64,000 bases of DNA, from the NCBI GenBank assembly GCA_050330635.1, contig JBHJNQ010000064.1:6311-70310 (forward strand), read 5' to 3'. Below, piece by piece: positions 1 through 12,958 of this stretch. Made by a program: the position numbers and the translations under genes. Source of the stretch: Acidimicrobiales bacterium (GTDB lineage Bacteria > Actinomycetota > Acidimicrobiia > Acidimicrobiales > SZUA-35). The notes beneath the pieces are model-generated. The model did no database searches, was not told where the DNA came from, and saw only the letters and a list, made by a program, of their open reading frames with translations. Positions within the stretch are counted from its first letter, which is position 1. Each line of letters opens with the position of its first letter.

Positions 1-1035
1 GGCTGGTCCGACATCACCGATGGGCAGGTCTATGAGGAGGAGCTGGCCCTGGCCCGGCTGGCCGACGAGCTCGGCTTCGACGTGGTGTGGGCGGCCGAGC
101 ACCACTTCTTCGGCTACTCCTTCTGCCCAGACAACACCGAGCTCCTCGCCTACGTGGCCGGGGTGACGAAGAACGTCGACGTGGGCACGGCGGCGGTGAT
201 CATGCCGTGGCACGAACCCCTCCGGGTGGCCGAGCGGATCGCCCTGCTCGACACCGTGGCCAAGGGTCGGCTGCGCTTCGGTGTGGGCCGGGGTCTGTCG
301 CGCCGGGAGTACGCGGCGTTCACGGCGATCGAGATGGAGGAGTCGAGGGGCCGGTTCGACGAGGGCACCGCCATGGTCATCGAGGCCCTGCGCACCGGGT
401 TCATCGAGGGCGACGGCCCCTTCTTTCCCCAGCAGCGGATCGAGATCCGGCCGCGACCCGAGCGCTCGTTCGACGACCGGTTCTACGCCGTCGCCTCGAG
501 CGACGACTCGGTCGAGTCGGCGGCCCGCTTCGGGGGGCGGATGACGATGTTCGCCGACCGCTCGTGGGAACACCGGATGCCGAGCATCGAGGTGTACCGG
601 CGTCGGTTCCAGGAGGTCCACGGCCGGGAGGCCCCGCCCCTGATGACCGCCGATTTCTGCCTCTGCATGGACGACGCCGACGAGGCCAAGGCCAAGGCCC
701 ACCAGTACATGGGCACCTACCTCGGCAGCCTGCTCGAGCACTACGAGGTCATGGGCGACCACTTCGCCGTCACCGAAGGCTACGAGGCCTACGCCAAGGC
801 GGCCGAGGTGCTGCGCCGGGTCGGTGAGAGCGGTTTCCTCGACATGTTCATGTCGGCCACGGCGTGGGGCACCCCCGACCGGATCCTGGCCACCCTCGAG
901 GCCCGGCGGGAGCTGATCGGACCGTTCGAGTACACGACGGCGTTCCGCTACGGCGGCATCCCCTTCACCGAGGCCAAGGCCTCGATGGAGCTGTTCGCCT
1001 CCGAGGTCCTCCCCGTGATCAAGACCTGGGATTGA
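1..1035 (+). CDS. LLM-class (luciferase-like) flavin-dependent oxidoreductase, 5'-truncated by the window edge
   Basis: Frame 1 is open from base 1 (GWSDITDGQVYEEELALARLADELGFDVVWAAEHHF). Has the W-x-x-EHH, PLRVAE-x-IALLD and GRL-x-FGVGRG motifs of LLM enzymes. Confidence 0.9.
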   Translation, partial: GWSDITDGQVYEEELALARLADELGFDVVWAAEHHFFGYSFCPDNTELLAYVAGVTKNVDVGTAAVIMPWHEPLRVAERIALLDTVAKGRLRFGVGRGLSRREYAAFTAIEMEESRGRFDEGTAMVIEALRTGFIEGDGPFFPQQRIEIRPRPERSFDDRFYAVASSDDSVESAARFGGRMTMFADRSWEHRMPSIEVYRRRFQEVHGREAPPLMTADFCLCMDDADEAKAKAHQYMGTYLGSLLEHYEVMGDHFAVTEGYEAYAKAAEVLRRVGESGFLDMFMSATAWGTPDRILATLEARRELIGPFEYTTAFRYGGIPFTEAKASMELFASEVLPVIKTWD

Positions 1036-1063
1036 GGGTCTCGTCGCCGCTAGCCTTTTCGCC

Positions 1064-1558
1064 ATGCCCAGCTTCGACGTTGTCTCCCAGATCGACATGC
1101 AGGAAGTCCGCAACGCCGTCGACCAGACGAGTCGCGAGGTCACCAACCGCTTCGACTTCAAGGACACCAACTCCTCGATCACGCTCGACGCCGGCAACGA
1201 CGCCATCACCATGGAGTCGGCCAGCAAGGACCGCATCGGCGCCCTCCGCCAGGTGTTGGAGGAGAAGCTGGTGAAGCGGAAGGTCTCGCTCAAGTCGATC
1301 GAGTTCGGCGACGTGGAGGACGCCGCCGGCGGTCGGGCCCGAATGAAGGCGTCGTTGAAGGCGGGGATCTCGTCGGACCTGGCCAAGAAGATCAACATCC
1401 ACATCAAGGACATGAAGGTCAAGGGCGTGCAGTCGCAGACCCAGGGCGATCAGGTCAGGGTGTCGGGCAAGAAGCGCGACGACCTCCAGACCGTCATCGC
1501 CTCACTCAAGGAAGGCGAGTTCGACCTGCCCCTCCAGTTCGAGAACTTCCGCGACTAG
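1064..1558 (+). CDS. yajQ: YajQ family nucleotide/c-di-GMP-binding protein
   Basis: MPSFDVVS...EVRNAVDQ...RFDFK N-terminus and QGDQVRVSGKKRDDLQ...LPLQFENFRD C-terminus; 164 aa. Confidence 0.95.
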   Translation: MPSFDVVSQIDMQEVRNAVDQTSREVTNRFDFKDTNSSITLDAGNDAITMESASKDRIGALRQVLEEKLVKRKVSLKSIEFGDVEDAAGGRARMKASLKAGISSDLAKKINIHIKDMKVKGVQSQTQGDQVRVSGKKRDDLQTVIASLKEGEFDLPLQFENFRD

Positions 1559-1576
1559 CGGTGTCGCAGGGCCGAA

Positions 1577-1961
1577 TCAGGCCGGCCCTGACGTCGAGTT
1601 GGAGCCTGGGCGCCCCACCCGAGTTGATCGATTCACCCAGGCTGGCGCGGCGTATTCTCCCCCACCGATCGGCAGACGCCGCACTCGGGCGCGGTGTCGG
1701 CCTATGACGACGACAGCTCCGCTGTCGAGGTCGGCCTCGACCTCTGGCAACAGTCCGATCATCATTCGGACGAGGTTCTCGACCTCGAGGGACTGACCGC
1801 GAAACAGCACGACGCTCGGAGCTGTGGCCTGAGTTGTCGCCAGTAGTTCTCCGAAGTCGGTGTCAGCTGACACCAACCACGCGATGCTCCCGGCGGGCGA
1901 AGCTCATGATCTCGTGGTCTGGGCGCCCCGCTAGATCCACCTCGGTCACGTGGGTTGCGTC
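1577..1961 (-). pseudogene. DUF5615/VapC45-like PIN-domain toxin remnant, frameshifted and lacking its N-terminus
   Basis: Minus strand reads DATHVTEVDLAGRPDHEIMSFARREHRV, then one extra G near 1877 shifts into LVSADTDFGELLA...PSVVLFR...GAVVVIG...RVRRLPI. No start codon or N-terminal D-x-N segment is visible. Confidence 0.75.
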
Positions 1962-2006
1962 GCGAGTGAGGCAACGAAGCCCCGGCCGTCGCCGGACCAC
2001 CACCGC

Positions 2007-3298
2007 TCACGCCCCGCCGCGGAGGGCGGCGATGGGTTCGGTGCGGGCCGCCTTCCACGACGGGTAGGTGCCGGCGATCAGTCCGATGAGGGCCCCGAGG
2101 GCGGGGGCGGCGAAGGGGAGCCAGGGGTCGAGCACGGGCGACCACTCCCGGGAGGCGGAGATGACGACGACCACCAGCACCCCGATGCTGGTGCCGAGGA
2201 GGCCGGCCAGGGCCCCGAGGGCGGCCGACTCGGCCAGGAACTGGACGGCAATGTGGAGGCGGCGGGCGCCCAGGGCCCGACGCAGGCCGATCTCACCGGT
2301 GCGCTCCAGCACCGAGATGAACGTGACGTTGGCGATGCCGATGGCCCCCACCACCAGGGAAATGACCCCGAGGATGATGAACAGCGAGTTGACGTCGGCC
2401 TCGACGTCGCTCTGGACCCTGCTCAGCGAGGGGGGTGTGGCCACCCGCAGCCGGTCGGGTTCGTTGGGGGCGAGCGCCACCGCGGCCTGGGTGGCGATCA
2501 GCTCGGCGGCCCCGATGGCGACCTCGATCTGCACCTCCTCCACCCCGGTGAGCCCGAACCGGTCGCGGGCGACCGATTGGGGGATGATGATGGCGTTGAG
2601 CAGTTCGGGCTGGCGGGCCGTGTCGGCCAGGATGCCGACGACGGCCAGGGGCTCGTCGCCCACGAAGATCGTTGGCGAGTTGTCGACCCGGGTCACGTTG
2701 AGCCGCTGCGCCGCTGCCGGGCCGAGCACGGCCACGGGATCGGCTCGGTCGTCGTGACCCTGGTCGAAGAAGCGTCCGGTGACGAGCCGACCCCGCACCG
2801 CGGAGAACAGCCCGGGGCTGGCGGCCACCACCGGGATCTGGAACTCGGTCTGGCCCAGGGGGTCGATGACGGGGACGGAGCGGGCCAGCCGGTCGCCGAC
2901 CGGAACAGACGATTTGGCTCCCGCCGCCACGACCCCGTTCAGGCGGGTCAGGCGGGACTCGGCGTCCCACGGGATCACGCTCGTCTGCCGCTCCCCGCCC
3001 CCGCCGAAGTTGAACGCCCCACCGGCGTTCTCGGGGGTCACGACCACCTCGGTGGCCGCCAGCTCGTCGAAACGGGACACGATCTGGTTGCCGGCCGTCT
3101 TGGCGAACCCGAGGGTGGCCACCAGGGCGGCAACCCCGAGGATGGTACCCAGGGCCGTCATGAGGGTGCGGACGGGGCGGGCGGTCAGGGCCGCCGTCAT
3201 CTCCGACAGCAGGTCGATGGCGGAGAACGTCGAGCGTGGCACCTCCTCCGGTGACGGGTCGAGCTCCACCTCGACTTCGATCCGGGGCGGGACGAAGG

Positions 3299-3302
<4 letters not shown>
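2007..3302 (-). CDS. MacB/FtsX-like ABC transporter permease
   Basis: R-x-LMTALG TM1, large extracytoplasmic domain, SVLERTGEIGLRRALGA and QFLAES motifs, C-terminal P-x-x-KAAR-x-x-PIAALR. Confidence 0.92.
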
Positions 3303-4098
<796 letters not shown>

Positions 4099-4102
<4 letters not shown>

Positions 4103-5826
4103 GAGCCGTCCTCGTCCTCCGACTCGTCGCTGTCGTCGGTGCTGGCGCCGCCGAGGTCGAGGTCGCGGCCGACGACGACCCGGTCGCCTTCCGCCAGCGT
4201 CCCGTCGATGGGATCGACCTGGACGAAGCCCTCGGCCCGGAGCCCAGTGGTGACCTCGATCAGCTCGGTCTGGCCGGGGGTGCGTTCCGCCTCGACGCGG
4301 GCGGTGCCGTCGGGACCGGCCGACAGGGCGGCCAGCGGCACCGCCAGCACGTCGCCCCCGCTGGTGCTGATGGGGATCGACACCCGAAGGTTGACGTTGA
4401 GGGCGTCGTCCGGGACCTCGGCCACCGGTTCGAGCCGCATGGCGTAGCGGTCGTCCGACACCGTGCTCCCCGGCTCGTCGGCGATGAAGGTGACGACGGC
4501 GTCGATCGTCAGGCCGAGCTCGTCGGCCTCCAGCACCGCCTCGTCGCCGACCTCGACGAGTCGACGGTCGGCGGTGGAGATGCCCGATTCGATGATGGTG
4601 TCGGCGCCCGAGATCGTCATCACCGGGCCGGTCGGCTCCTCCCCCACCTCGGCCAGCACGGTGCGGACCTGGCGGGGGAACGAGTCGAGGAACAGGAGCT
4701 CCCCCTCGGGGATCCACGCCCCCACCCGGGCCTGGATGTCGGCCAGCTCGGCCTCGGCGGTGCGGAGGTCGGCCGAGGCGGCGTCGAGGTCCTGTTGGGC
4801 AGCGGCGGTGCCCGGTGGGTTGACGAGGGCGTCGCGCTGGGCCTTGGCCTCGGCCAGCGCCACCTCCGCCGCCCGCACCTGGAGATCGGCCGACGGTTCG
4901 ACCAGGGCGGACTGCACCTCGGCCAGTGCGGCCTCGGCGTCGGCCAGGGACTGATCGGCGGTGGCGGCTGCCGCCTCGAGGGCGGCCAGTTCTTCGGGGG
5001 TGGGGGGCTGGCCGGTGTCGGGGTGGGTGCCGTCGCGGGCCTGTTGGAGGCGGGATGCGGCGGTGGTGGCGGCGGTAGCGGCCGTGGAACGGGTCGACTG
5101 GGCGGTGGCCAACCGGTCGGACAGGCCCTTGGCGTCAGCCAGGTTGGCCTCGGCCCGGGCCACGTTCAGGTCGGCCTGCTGTTTCTCGTGGGAGGCGACG
5201 GGGGTCCGGGCGGCGTCGAGGGCGTCGCGGGCGGCGTCGACCTGGGCCTGCTGGGCGTCGACGGCCTGGCGTGCTCCCTGGAGGGCGGTGGTGAGCGCCT
5301 CGTCCTGCTCGGGCGGGCTGTAGCCGGCGTCGCGGTAGAGGGCGGCCACCGCCGAGGCGGTGTCGGCGGTGTAGGACTCGTCGACCGTGCCAGGGGCGTA
5401 GCCGAGCCGGGTCAGGGCCTCCTCGAGTTGGCGCACGTCGGGGCCCTCGAGCGTGGGGATCAGATTGCGGAACGCCGGCAGCTCACCCTGGAGGGCGATC
5501 ACGGGCCGGCCCGCCACCTCCATGAGCACGTCGCCTTCGGCCACCTCGTCGCCCGGCTCCTTGGCCAGCCGGGTGATGACCGTCTCCCCATTGACCGCTG
5601 GAGGCTGGAGCGCGGTCTCGTCGCTGGGCCGGATCGTGCCCCGCACCACCACGTTCTGCGACAGGGTCCGCAACTCCACCGGAACGGTGATCAACGACGG
5701 CTCGGGCGGCGCCTGCTCGGCGGCGATCTCGGCCGGCGACTTGATGCGCTGCCCGGCGACCCACCCCACCGCGCCAGCTACGACGGCGATCACCGCCACT
5801 GCCACCAGAATAGCTCGCCTGTCCAT
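4099..5826 (-). CDS. Membrane-fusion/adaptor protein with peptidoglycan-binding domain
   Basis: N-terminal TM, barrel-sandwich motif (GDEVAEGDVL), PG_binding_1-like GPDVRQLEEALTRLGY...TASAV, long coiled coil, VLAVPLAAL...GLRAEGFVQV C-terminus. Confidence 0.85.
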
Positions 5827-5899
5827 CGGCCGCCCTCCTTCCCGCCGCTAATTTAGGCACCCCGTCGGGTCATGGGAACGCGGACCACAAAGACGACCC

Positions 5900-5927
5900 T
5901 TGAAACGTCCCCCCCCCGACGCATACT
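5900..5927 (+). promoter_or_regulatory. Putative sigma70-type promoter with a C9 tract in the spacer
   Basis: TTGAAA (5900-5905), 16-bp spacer containing C9 (5909-5917), CATACT (5922-5927), upstream of ATG 5993. Confidence 0.45.
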
Positions 5928-5992
5928 CGATGAGCGGGCCCACGGTTGATGGAGCGGTTCAGATACGAACACGAAGCAAGGTGTTCAGGAAT

Positions 5993-6319
5993 ATGTTTCG
6001 CCGGTTGACACCGGTGGGCTTGGCGACAATGATCATCGTCGCCACATCTACGGTAGTCGCCGGAGCTTTGGGCACATCTTCGCAGTCCCTAGCGAGCTGT
6101 ACCGCTGGTGGCGTTTCGAACTCCCAGCTTGCCAGTACGGAGAGAACGGCAGGGACCAATTGCTCGGTCAGAACGGACCTGAGAGTCAGATTCCAGGACA
6201 ATAGCACTGGCTACCTGGGGTGGTCGGCCTGGAACTCCAGCTACTCGCAACGCAGCGGAGCTCCGAACCTGGTCAACCTGAACGGAAGGCACTCCCTCAG
6301 AGAGGTGGCACCACCTTGA
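5993..6319 (+). CDS. Small secreted hypothetical protein (signal peptide, 2 Cys)
   Basis: AGGA just before ATG 5993; MFRR + hydrophobic stretch + probable S-L-A cleavage; Ser/Thr/Gly/Asn-rich mature part; visibly lower GC than flanks. Confidence 0.6.
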   Translation: MFRRLTPVGLATMIIVATSTVVAGALGTSSQSLASCTAGGVSNSQLASTERTAGTNCSVRTDLRVRFQDNSTGYLGWSAWNSSYSQRSGAPNLVNLNGRHSLREVAPP

Positions 6320-6409
6320 CCTGGAGCACATGAGGAGAGCAAGCCGTGGCGTGGATCAGAGTGGCTTCCGCGGTGCCCCTGTAGCTCGGCGTTCCGAAGG
6401 CAATACCGC

Positions 6410-7266
6410 GTGAGAGCACTAACCATCCATGGAGCCATCTGCATCGCAGTGTCCCTCTGGATCGTTCCATCGTGTGCGACGACTCACTCCGCCGTTCCCG
6501 ACGATTTCACCGGGTTCGCCGACTACCTCGATTTCGCGAGCGTAGAAGCCCAGATCGACTGGAGCCGGAACCGCCAAATCGCCGTGGAGGAACTGACCCG
6601 GGATTGCATGATGCAACAGGGATTCGAGTACGAGCTCGTGCCCTTCGATGTATCACTTGTTCCCCTCCAGGCGAAACCAGAGGGGACGTGGCTGAACGCG
6701 GTCTCGGGGTGACGCGGGGGCTCGGGGATGACGCCGTCGTCAGCACCGACCCGAACGAGGCGCACCTCACCGAGTTCGACGAGGCCACACGATCAGCCTG
6801 GATGGAAGCGGCCTACGAGACTAGTAGCGACGACGGGTCCGGGTGCCGACACGAGGCCTATGACACCGTCAACGGGCCGTGGCTGGAGCCTAGCGCACGG
6901 ATCGGCGATGCCCGCACCGAGCTCTACGAGGTCATCCTCGCCGACCCCCGAACGGTCGCCCTCGACCGGCAGTGGTCGGCCTGCATGGCCGACCAGGGAT
7001 ACATCGTCGAGAGCCAGGAGCACTTGTTGGACTACATCGAAGACGAGCTTCCCGGCCTCGACCTGCTCGAAGCCTCACCGCCGGCGCTGGCCGAAGCTCG
7101 GGCCAGAGAGATCGACATCGCCCTCGCCTCGTTCGATTGCCGAGCGCCGCTCGACGACGACTACGCCACCGTCCGCCTCGACCACGAGCGCGGCTTCTTC
7201 GCCGACCACAGCGTCGAGCTGGTGGCGCTACACCAGGAGATGCGGCGCATCGAGCTCGACGGCTGA
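6410..7266 (+). pseudogene. Actinobacterial lipoprotein with repeated C-M-x-x-x-G-[FY] motifs, split by a 1-nt frameshift
   Basis: 6410-6712 has lipobox-like IVPSC and DCMMQQGFEY. The overlapping frame has DPNEAHL, GCRHEAY and WSACMADQGY. Adding one C to the C4 run at 6662-6665 joins them. Confidence 0.7.
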
Positions 7267-7331
7267 ACCGGCCCGCATCCCGGAACCTGGCAGGACCGAG
7301 CGAAAGCGTCGACGTCGTTCCCCGAACGTTT

Positions 7332-7432
7332 CGCGGAACCGCCGTCATCGGTCATTGAACGGTTCCGCGGAATCGCCGGCGGACCGCGCAGCGGGCGAAC
7401 TCCAGCGTCGAGACGCCCTCGCCCGACGCTGG
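7332..7432. terminator. Two hairpins between convergent genes
   Basis: CGCGGAACCG (7332-7341) / CGGTTCCGCG (7360-7369) and CCAGCGTCG (7402-7410) / CGACGCTGG (7424-7432). Confidence 0.45.
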
Positions 7433-7437
7433 CTCGT

Positions 7438-9390
<1,953 letters not shown>

Positions 9391-9556
9391 GTCCTGCGCT
9401 CCCCGACTGGTGGTCACTGCTACGGGCGCCGGCGGTCACAGACCGCTCAGCGCCGCGAGCCTAGTGGCCCGATGGGGGATCCTGCCCGCTCCGGTCGGGC
9501 TCGGTCCCATCCAGGGCGGGGCCGAGGCCGAGGACGAGGACGAGGCCGCCGGGAGT

Positions 9557-10189
9557 CTAGGGCAGGCCGTAGAACTGGCGGAGGCCGGCGACCACGGTCT
9601 CCAGGCCGGCGTCGAACATCTCCGTGCTCGTCAGACGGCGCCGGGCGTCGAGGTAGGCGAGCGCCACCGGATCGTTGAGGGTCTCCGGGTCGAGGCCCTC
9701 CGTCTGGATCCCGACGGCCATCGACCCAAGCTCGTTTGCCGCGTGGCCCATGACGAACGAGACCCCGAAGTGGAGGGCGTGGCACGCCTGTTCGACGTCG
9801 AGGCCCACGGACTGCAGCCTGCCGTAGGAGAAGACGAGGACGTCGAGGGCCACCCGGCTCTTGGCCGGGCGGGCGGCAAACAGCTCGAGCGCCGCCTGAT
9901 GGTTGACCAGCACGTCGTGGAACGAGCGCAAGCCGCGACGGATGGCGGTCTCCCAATCGCCGTCGGGCACGTCGACGGGAAGCTCGATCTCGTCGAACAG
10001 GCAGTCGAGCACGGCGTCGAGCAGATCGTCCTTGTTGACCACGTAGTGGTAGAGCGACATGGCCTCGACGCCCAGCTCGTTGCCGAGCTTGCGCATCGAC
10101 AGCCCGGCTAGTCCCACCTCGTCGGTGAGCGCGAGGGCCGTCCTCGCGATCAGCTCTCGGCTGAGGGCGGATCTCATGGACGCGGACAT
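9557..10189 (-). CDS. TetR/AcrR family transcriptional regulator (TetR_C type)
   Basis: LSRELIARTAL...GLSMRKLGNELGVEAMSLYHYV.NKDDLL helix-turn-helix. Confidence 0.92.
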   Translation of the reverse strand: MSASMRSALSRELIARTALALTDEVGLAGLSMRKLGNELGVEAMSLYHYVVNKDDLLDAVLDCLFDEIELPVDVPDGDWETAIRRGLRSFHDVLVNHQAALELFAARPAKSRVALDVLVFSYGRLQSVGLDVEQACHALHFGVSFVMGHAANELGSMAVGIQTEGLDPETLNDPVALAYLDARRRLTSTEMFDAGLETVVAGLRQFYGLP

Positions 10190-10196
10190 GGGGGAG

Positions 10197-10219
10197 ACGC
10201 TACCGGAACGGTCCGTTCC
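10197..10219 (-). promoter_or_regulatory. Leaderless -10 box plus palindromic operator upstream of the TetR gene
   Basis: Minus-strand TAGCGT (10197-10202) lies 7 nt before the ATG; perfect inverted repeat GGAACGG-T-CCGTTCC at 10205-10219. Confidence 0.55.
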
Positions 10220-10345
10220 CCCGGCCTTCCAACGGCAAGGTCTCCCGCCGCGTCCCGCTCGTGTCCCTGCGACGTCCCACCACCGTCCCTCGACCGGGAT
10301 CTCGAGCCGTCCGTCCCAGGCGGGTCAAGCAAGCCGAACCCGAAA

Positions 10346-11395
10346 TCAGGGGCCGCTCCACCGGCACACCAGCCACGAACCGAGGCCCAGCGGGTCGAGC
10401 AGCGCTTCGGCCTCGACCGCCCGGCTCCGCATCCGCAGCGCCGTCAGATCGGGGGCGGCGGCGCCGGCCGCCCACCGTCGGCGCCCCTCGTCCACCAACT
10501 CGTCTATCCCCCACCGCCTCAGGAACCCCGCCTGGTCGACGACCTCGGTCGGGCCCGGGAGCTGATCGACGGCGAGATCGGTGGTGATGTCCCACCGGCC
10601 CGGCTCCCGGAGTGGGTCGTGCCCCCGTTGATGCTGGCGGTAGGTGCGCAGCCAGCCCCCCCGCCGCCCCAGCTCGACCGTGGTCGGGCTGCCGTAGTCG
10701 AACACCAGCACCACCGCCGGGCGTCGGGCCAGCACCGCCTCCATCCACCGTCGGGCCCCCTCGAGCACCGGCACCCTCGTCCCCACCGGCAGGCTCTCGG
10801 CGTCGGCGGGCAGGAGGGGCCCAAAATCGGACGGCACGAGCACCTCGCCCGGTCGGCCGTCCCGGTCCCGGCCGACGTGGAGCTCCGCCCAGCCGCCCGC
10901 CACGCGCTCGGCCACCCGGAACGGGATGTTGTCGAGCAGCTCGTTGGCCACCACGACTGCCCCGGCCACGTCGACGCCGGGGCCGAGCGCTTCGTCGGCG
11001 GTGGGCGCACCATGACCCGGGGCCCGGTCGACCGTTACCACCCGGCGTGCGGCGGCCGAGGGCCCGGGCGCCCGCTCCAAACCCCGGGCCAGGGTGCCCG
11101 GCCCGCTGCCGGCGTCGATCACGACGTACGGATCGGGTCGGCCCAGCTCCGCCCACCAGGCGTCGAGGGCCCGGGCCACCACCTCGGCGAACAGGGGCCC
11201 CACTTCGGGGCCGGTGATGAAGTCACCGCCCCGTCGACCGGCAGTGCCCACAGCCGAAGTGTAGAAGCCCGTACCGGGCCCGTACAGGCAACGCTCGACA
11301 TAGTGGTCGAACCGCTCGACGGTCGCCTCGCCGTCCGCCCCGGCCCCGAGCGACTGCCCGGCCGGCTCGGCCCCGGCGGTCTCGTCGTGGGTCAC
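10346..11395 (-). CDS. MidA/NDUFAF7-family (DUF185) SAM-dependent methyltransferase
   Basis: FDHYVERCLYGP..GFY, GDFITGPEVGPLF, DAGSGPGTL, ANELLDNIP, FDYG and PGRWDITTD motifs match the NDUFAF7/MidA pattern. Confidence 0.88.
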   Translation of the reverse strand: MTHDETAGAEPAGQSLGAGADGEATVERFDHYVERCLYGPGTGFYTSAVGTAGRRGGDFITGPEVGPLFAEVVARALDAWWAELGRPDPYVVIDAGSGPGTLARGLERAPGPSAAARRVVTVDRAPGHGAPTADEALGPGVDVAGAVVVANELLDNIPFRVAERVAGGWAELHVGRDRDGRPGEVLVPSDFGPLLPADAESLPVGTRVPVLEGARRWMEAVLARRPAVVLVFDYGSPTTVELGRRGGWLRTYRQHQRGHDPLREPGRWDITTDLAVDQLPGPTEVVDQAGFLRRWGIDELVDEGRRRWAAGAAAPDLTALRMRSRAVEAEALLDPLGLGSWLVCRWSGP

Positions 11396-11411
11396 CGTGC
11401 GGGGGCCGGGG

Positions 11412-12956
11412 TCAGCGCCGGCCTGCGACCTCGGCGAAGTCGGTGAGGTCGGGCACCACGCCGGTGACGCCGGCGATCAGGGTGGCGACGACGGTGATGG
11501 CCAGGGCCGCCACCAGGGGCGCCGGGATCCGCATCGGGGTCACGTCAGCATCGTCGGGGGCCGAGAGGAACCACATCTGCTTGGCCACGTTCAGGTAATA
11601 GAAGGCGGCCACCACCGTGTTGACGGCGGCTACCACGGCCAACGTCACCCCGGCGACGGTGTCGGCCTCCAGCAGGGCGCTGAACACCTGCCACTTTGCC
11701 AGCCAGCCCCCCATCGGGGGGATGCCGGCCAGGGAGAACAGGAACACGGTCATGGCCACCGTCAGCCCGGGGGCATAGTTGAGGAGGCCGGAGAACGACG
11801 AGATCTCGCCCGACCGGGTTCGGCGGCTGGCGGCGATGACGACGGCGAACGCTCCCAGGTTCATGACGGCGTAGATCACCAGGTAGGTGACGATCGACGC
11901 CCGGGCCGAGTCGGGTACCGACCCGTAGACGGCCAGCGGGGCCAGCATGTAGCCGGCCTGGGCCACCCCCGAATAGGCCAGCATGCGCACGATGTTGGAC
12001 TGGCGAAGGGCGATCAGGTTGCCCACCGTCATCGTGACGGCGGCCAGGATCCACATGAACGGCTCGATGACCTGCGATTGGCCGGGGAGGGCGACGATGA
12101 CGATCGTGACCAGCGCCACGAAACCTGCCGCCTTGGAGGCGACGGCGAGGAAGGCGGTGAGGGGCGTCGGCGCCCCCTCGTAGGTGTCGGGGGCCCAGGT
12201 GTGGAACGGTACCGCCGACACCTTGAAGGCAAAGCCGATGACCGTGAACAGGACAGCCAGGGTGATCATGGGGGTGGTCTCATCGCTCGTGATCGCCTCG
12301 GCGATCACCGCCAGCCGGGTGTCACCGGCGACCCCGTAGAGGAGCGACATGCCGTAGAGCATGATGGCCGAGGCGAACACGCCCATGAGCATGTACTTGA
12401 GGCCGGCCTCGTTCGACTTCAGGTCTCGCTTGCGCCAGGCCGCCAGCAGGTAGGCGGGGATCGACAGCAATTCGAGAGCGATGAAGATCGACACCAGGTC
12501 GCGGGCCGACGCCATGACCGACATGCCGAGCACCGAGGCTGCGATCAGCTGGTAGTACTCGCTGTCGTAGTAGTCGCCCTCGGCCATGTAGTTGCTGCTC
12601 AGCAGCACCACGACGTAGCCGATGAGGAAGAACAGCCCCTTCAGCACCAGGGCGTACCGGTCGACGACGTAGGCCCCCACGCCGTCCAGTCCGCCCCCTT
12701 CGAGGGTTCCCTGGAACAGCACCCGGGTCGCCCCGTCGTCCCAGAGGGTCAGGATCGGGATCATGGCCACCAGGAAGCCGATGCCGGTGAGGGCGGGCAT
12801 GAAGCGGCGGGTCCGCTCCAGGCCGACGACGTCGACGATGGTGACGAGGGCACCCCACCCCAGCAGCAACAGCTCGGGAGCGAAGGCATGCCAATCGATG
12901 TGGGGCCGCACGAAGGGCGAGGCCTCGGCGGTCTGCTGTGCGATGACGGCCAGCAC
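11412..12956 (-). CDS. nuoN: Complex I subunit N (11-subunit cluster)
   Basis: EAGLKY, FKVSAVPFHTWAPDTYEGAP, RMLAYS; antiporter-like membrane subunit. Confidence 0.95.
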   Translation of the reverse strand: MLAVIAQQTAEASPFVRPHIDWHAFAPELLLLGWGALVTIVDVVGLERTRRFMPALTGIGFLVAMIPILTLWDDGATRVLFQGTLEGGGLDGVGAYVVDRYALVLKGLFFLIGYVVVLLSSNYMAEGDYYDSEYYQLIAASVLGMSVMASARDLVSIFIALELLSIPAYLLAAWRKRDLKSNEAGLKYMLMGVFASAIMLYGMSLLYGVAGDTRLAVIAEAITSDETTPMITLAVLFTVIGFAFKVSAVPFHTWAPDTYEGAPTPLTAFLAVASKAAGFVALVTIVIVALPGQSQVIEPFMWILAAVTMTVGNLIALRQSNIVRMLAYSGVAQAGYMLAPLAVYGSVPDSARASIVTYLVIYAVMNLGAFAVVIAASRRTRSGEISSFSGLLNYAPGLTVAMTVFLFSLAGIPPMGGWLAKWQVFSALLEADTVAGVTLAVVAAVNTVVAAFYYLNVAKQMWFLSAPDDADVTPMRIPAPLVAALAITVVATLIAGVTGVVPDLTDFAEVAGRR

Positions 12957-12958
12957 GA

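Noticed and set aside
9521-9545. Short GCCGAG/GACGAG tandem hexamers; also GATTCGGTCG twice near 59608-59632
   Set aside because: Low-complexity intergenic repeats without spacers or regular period; not CRISPR.
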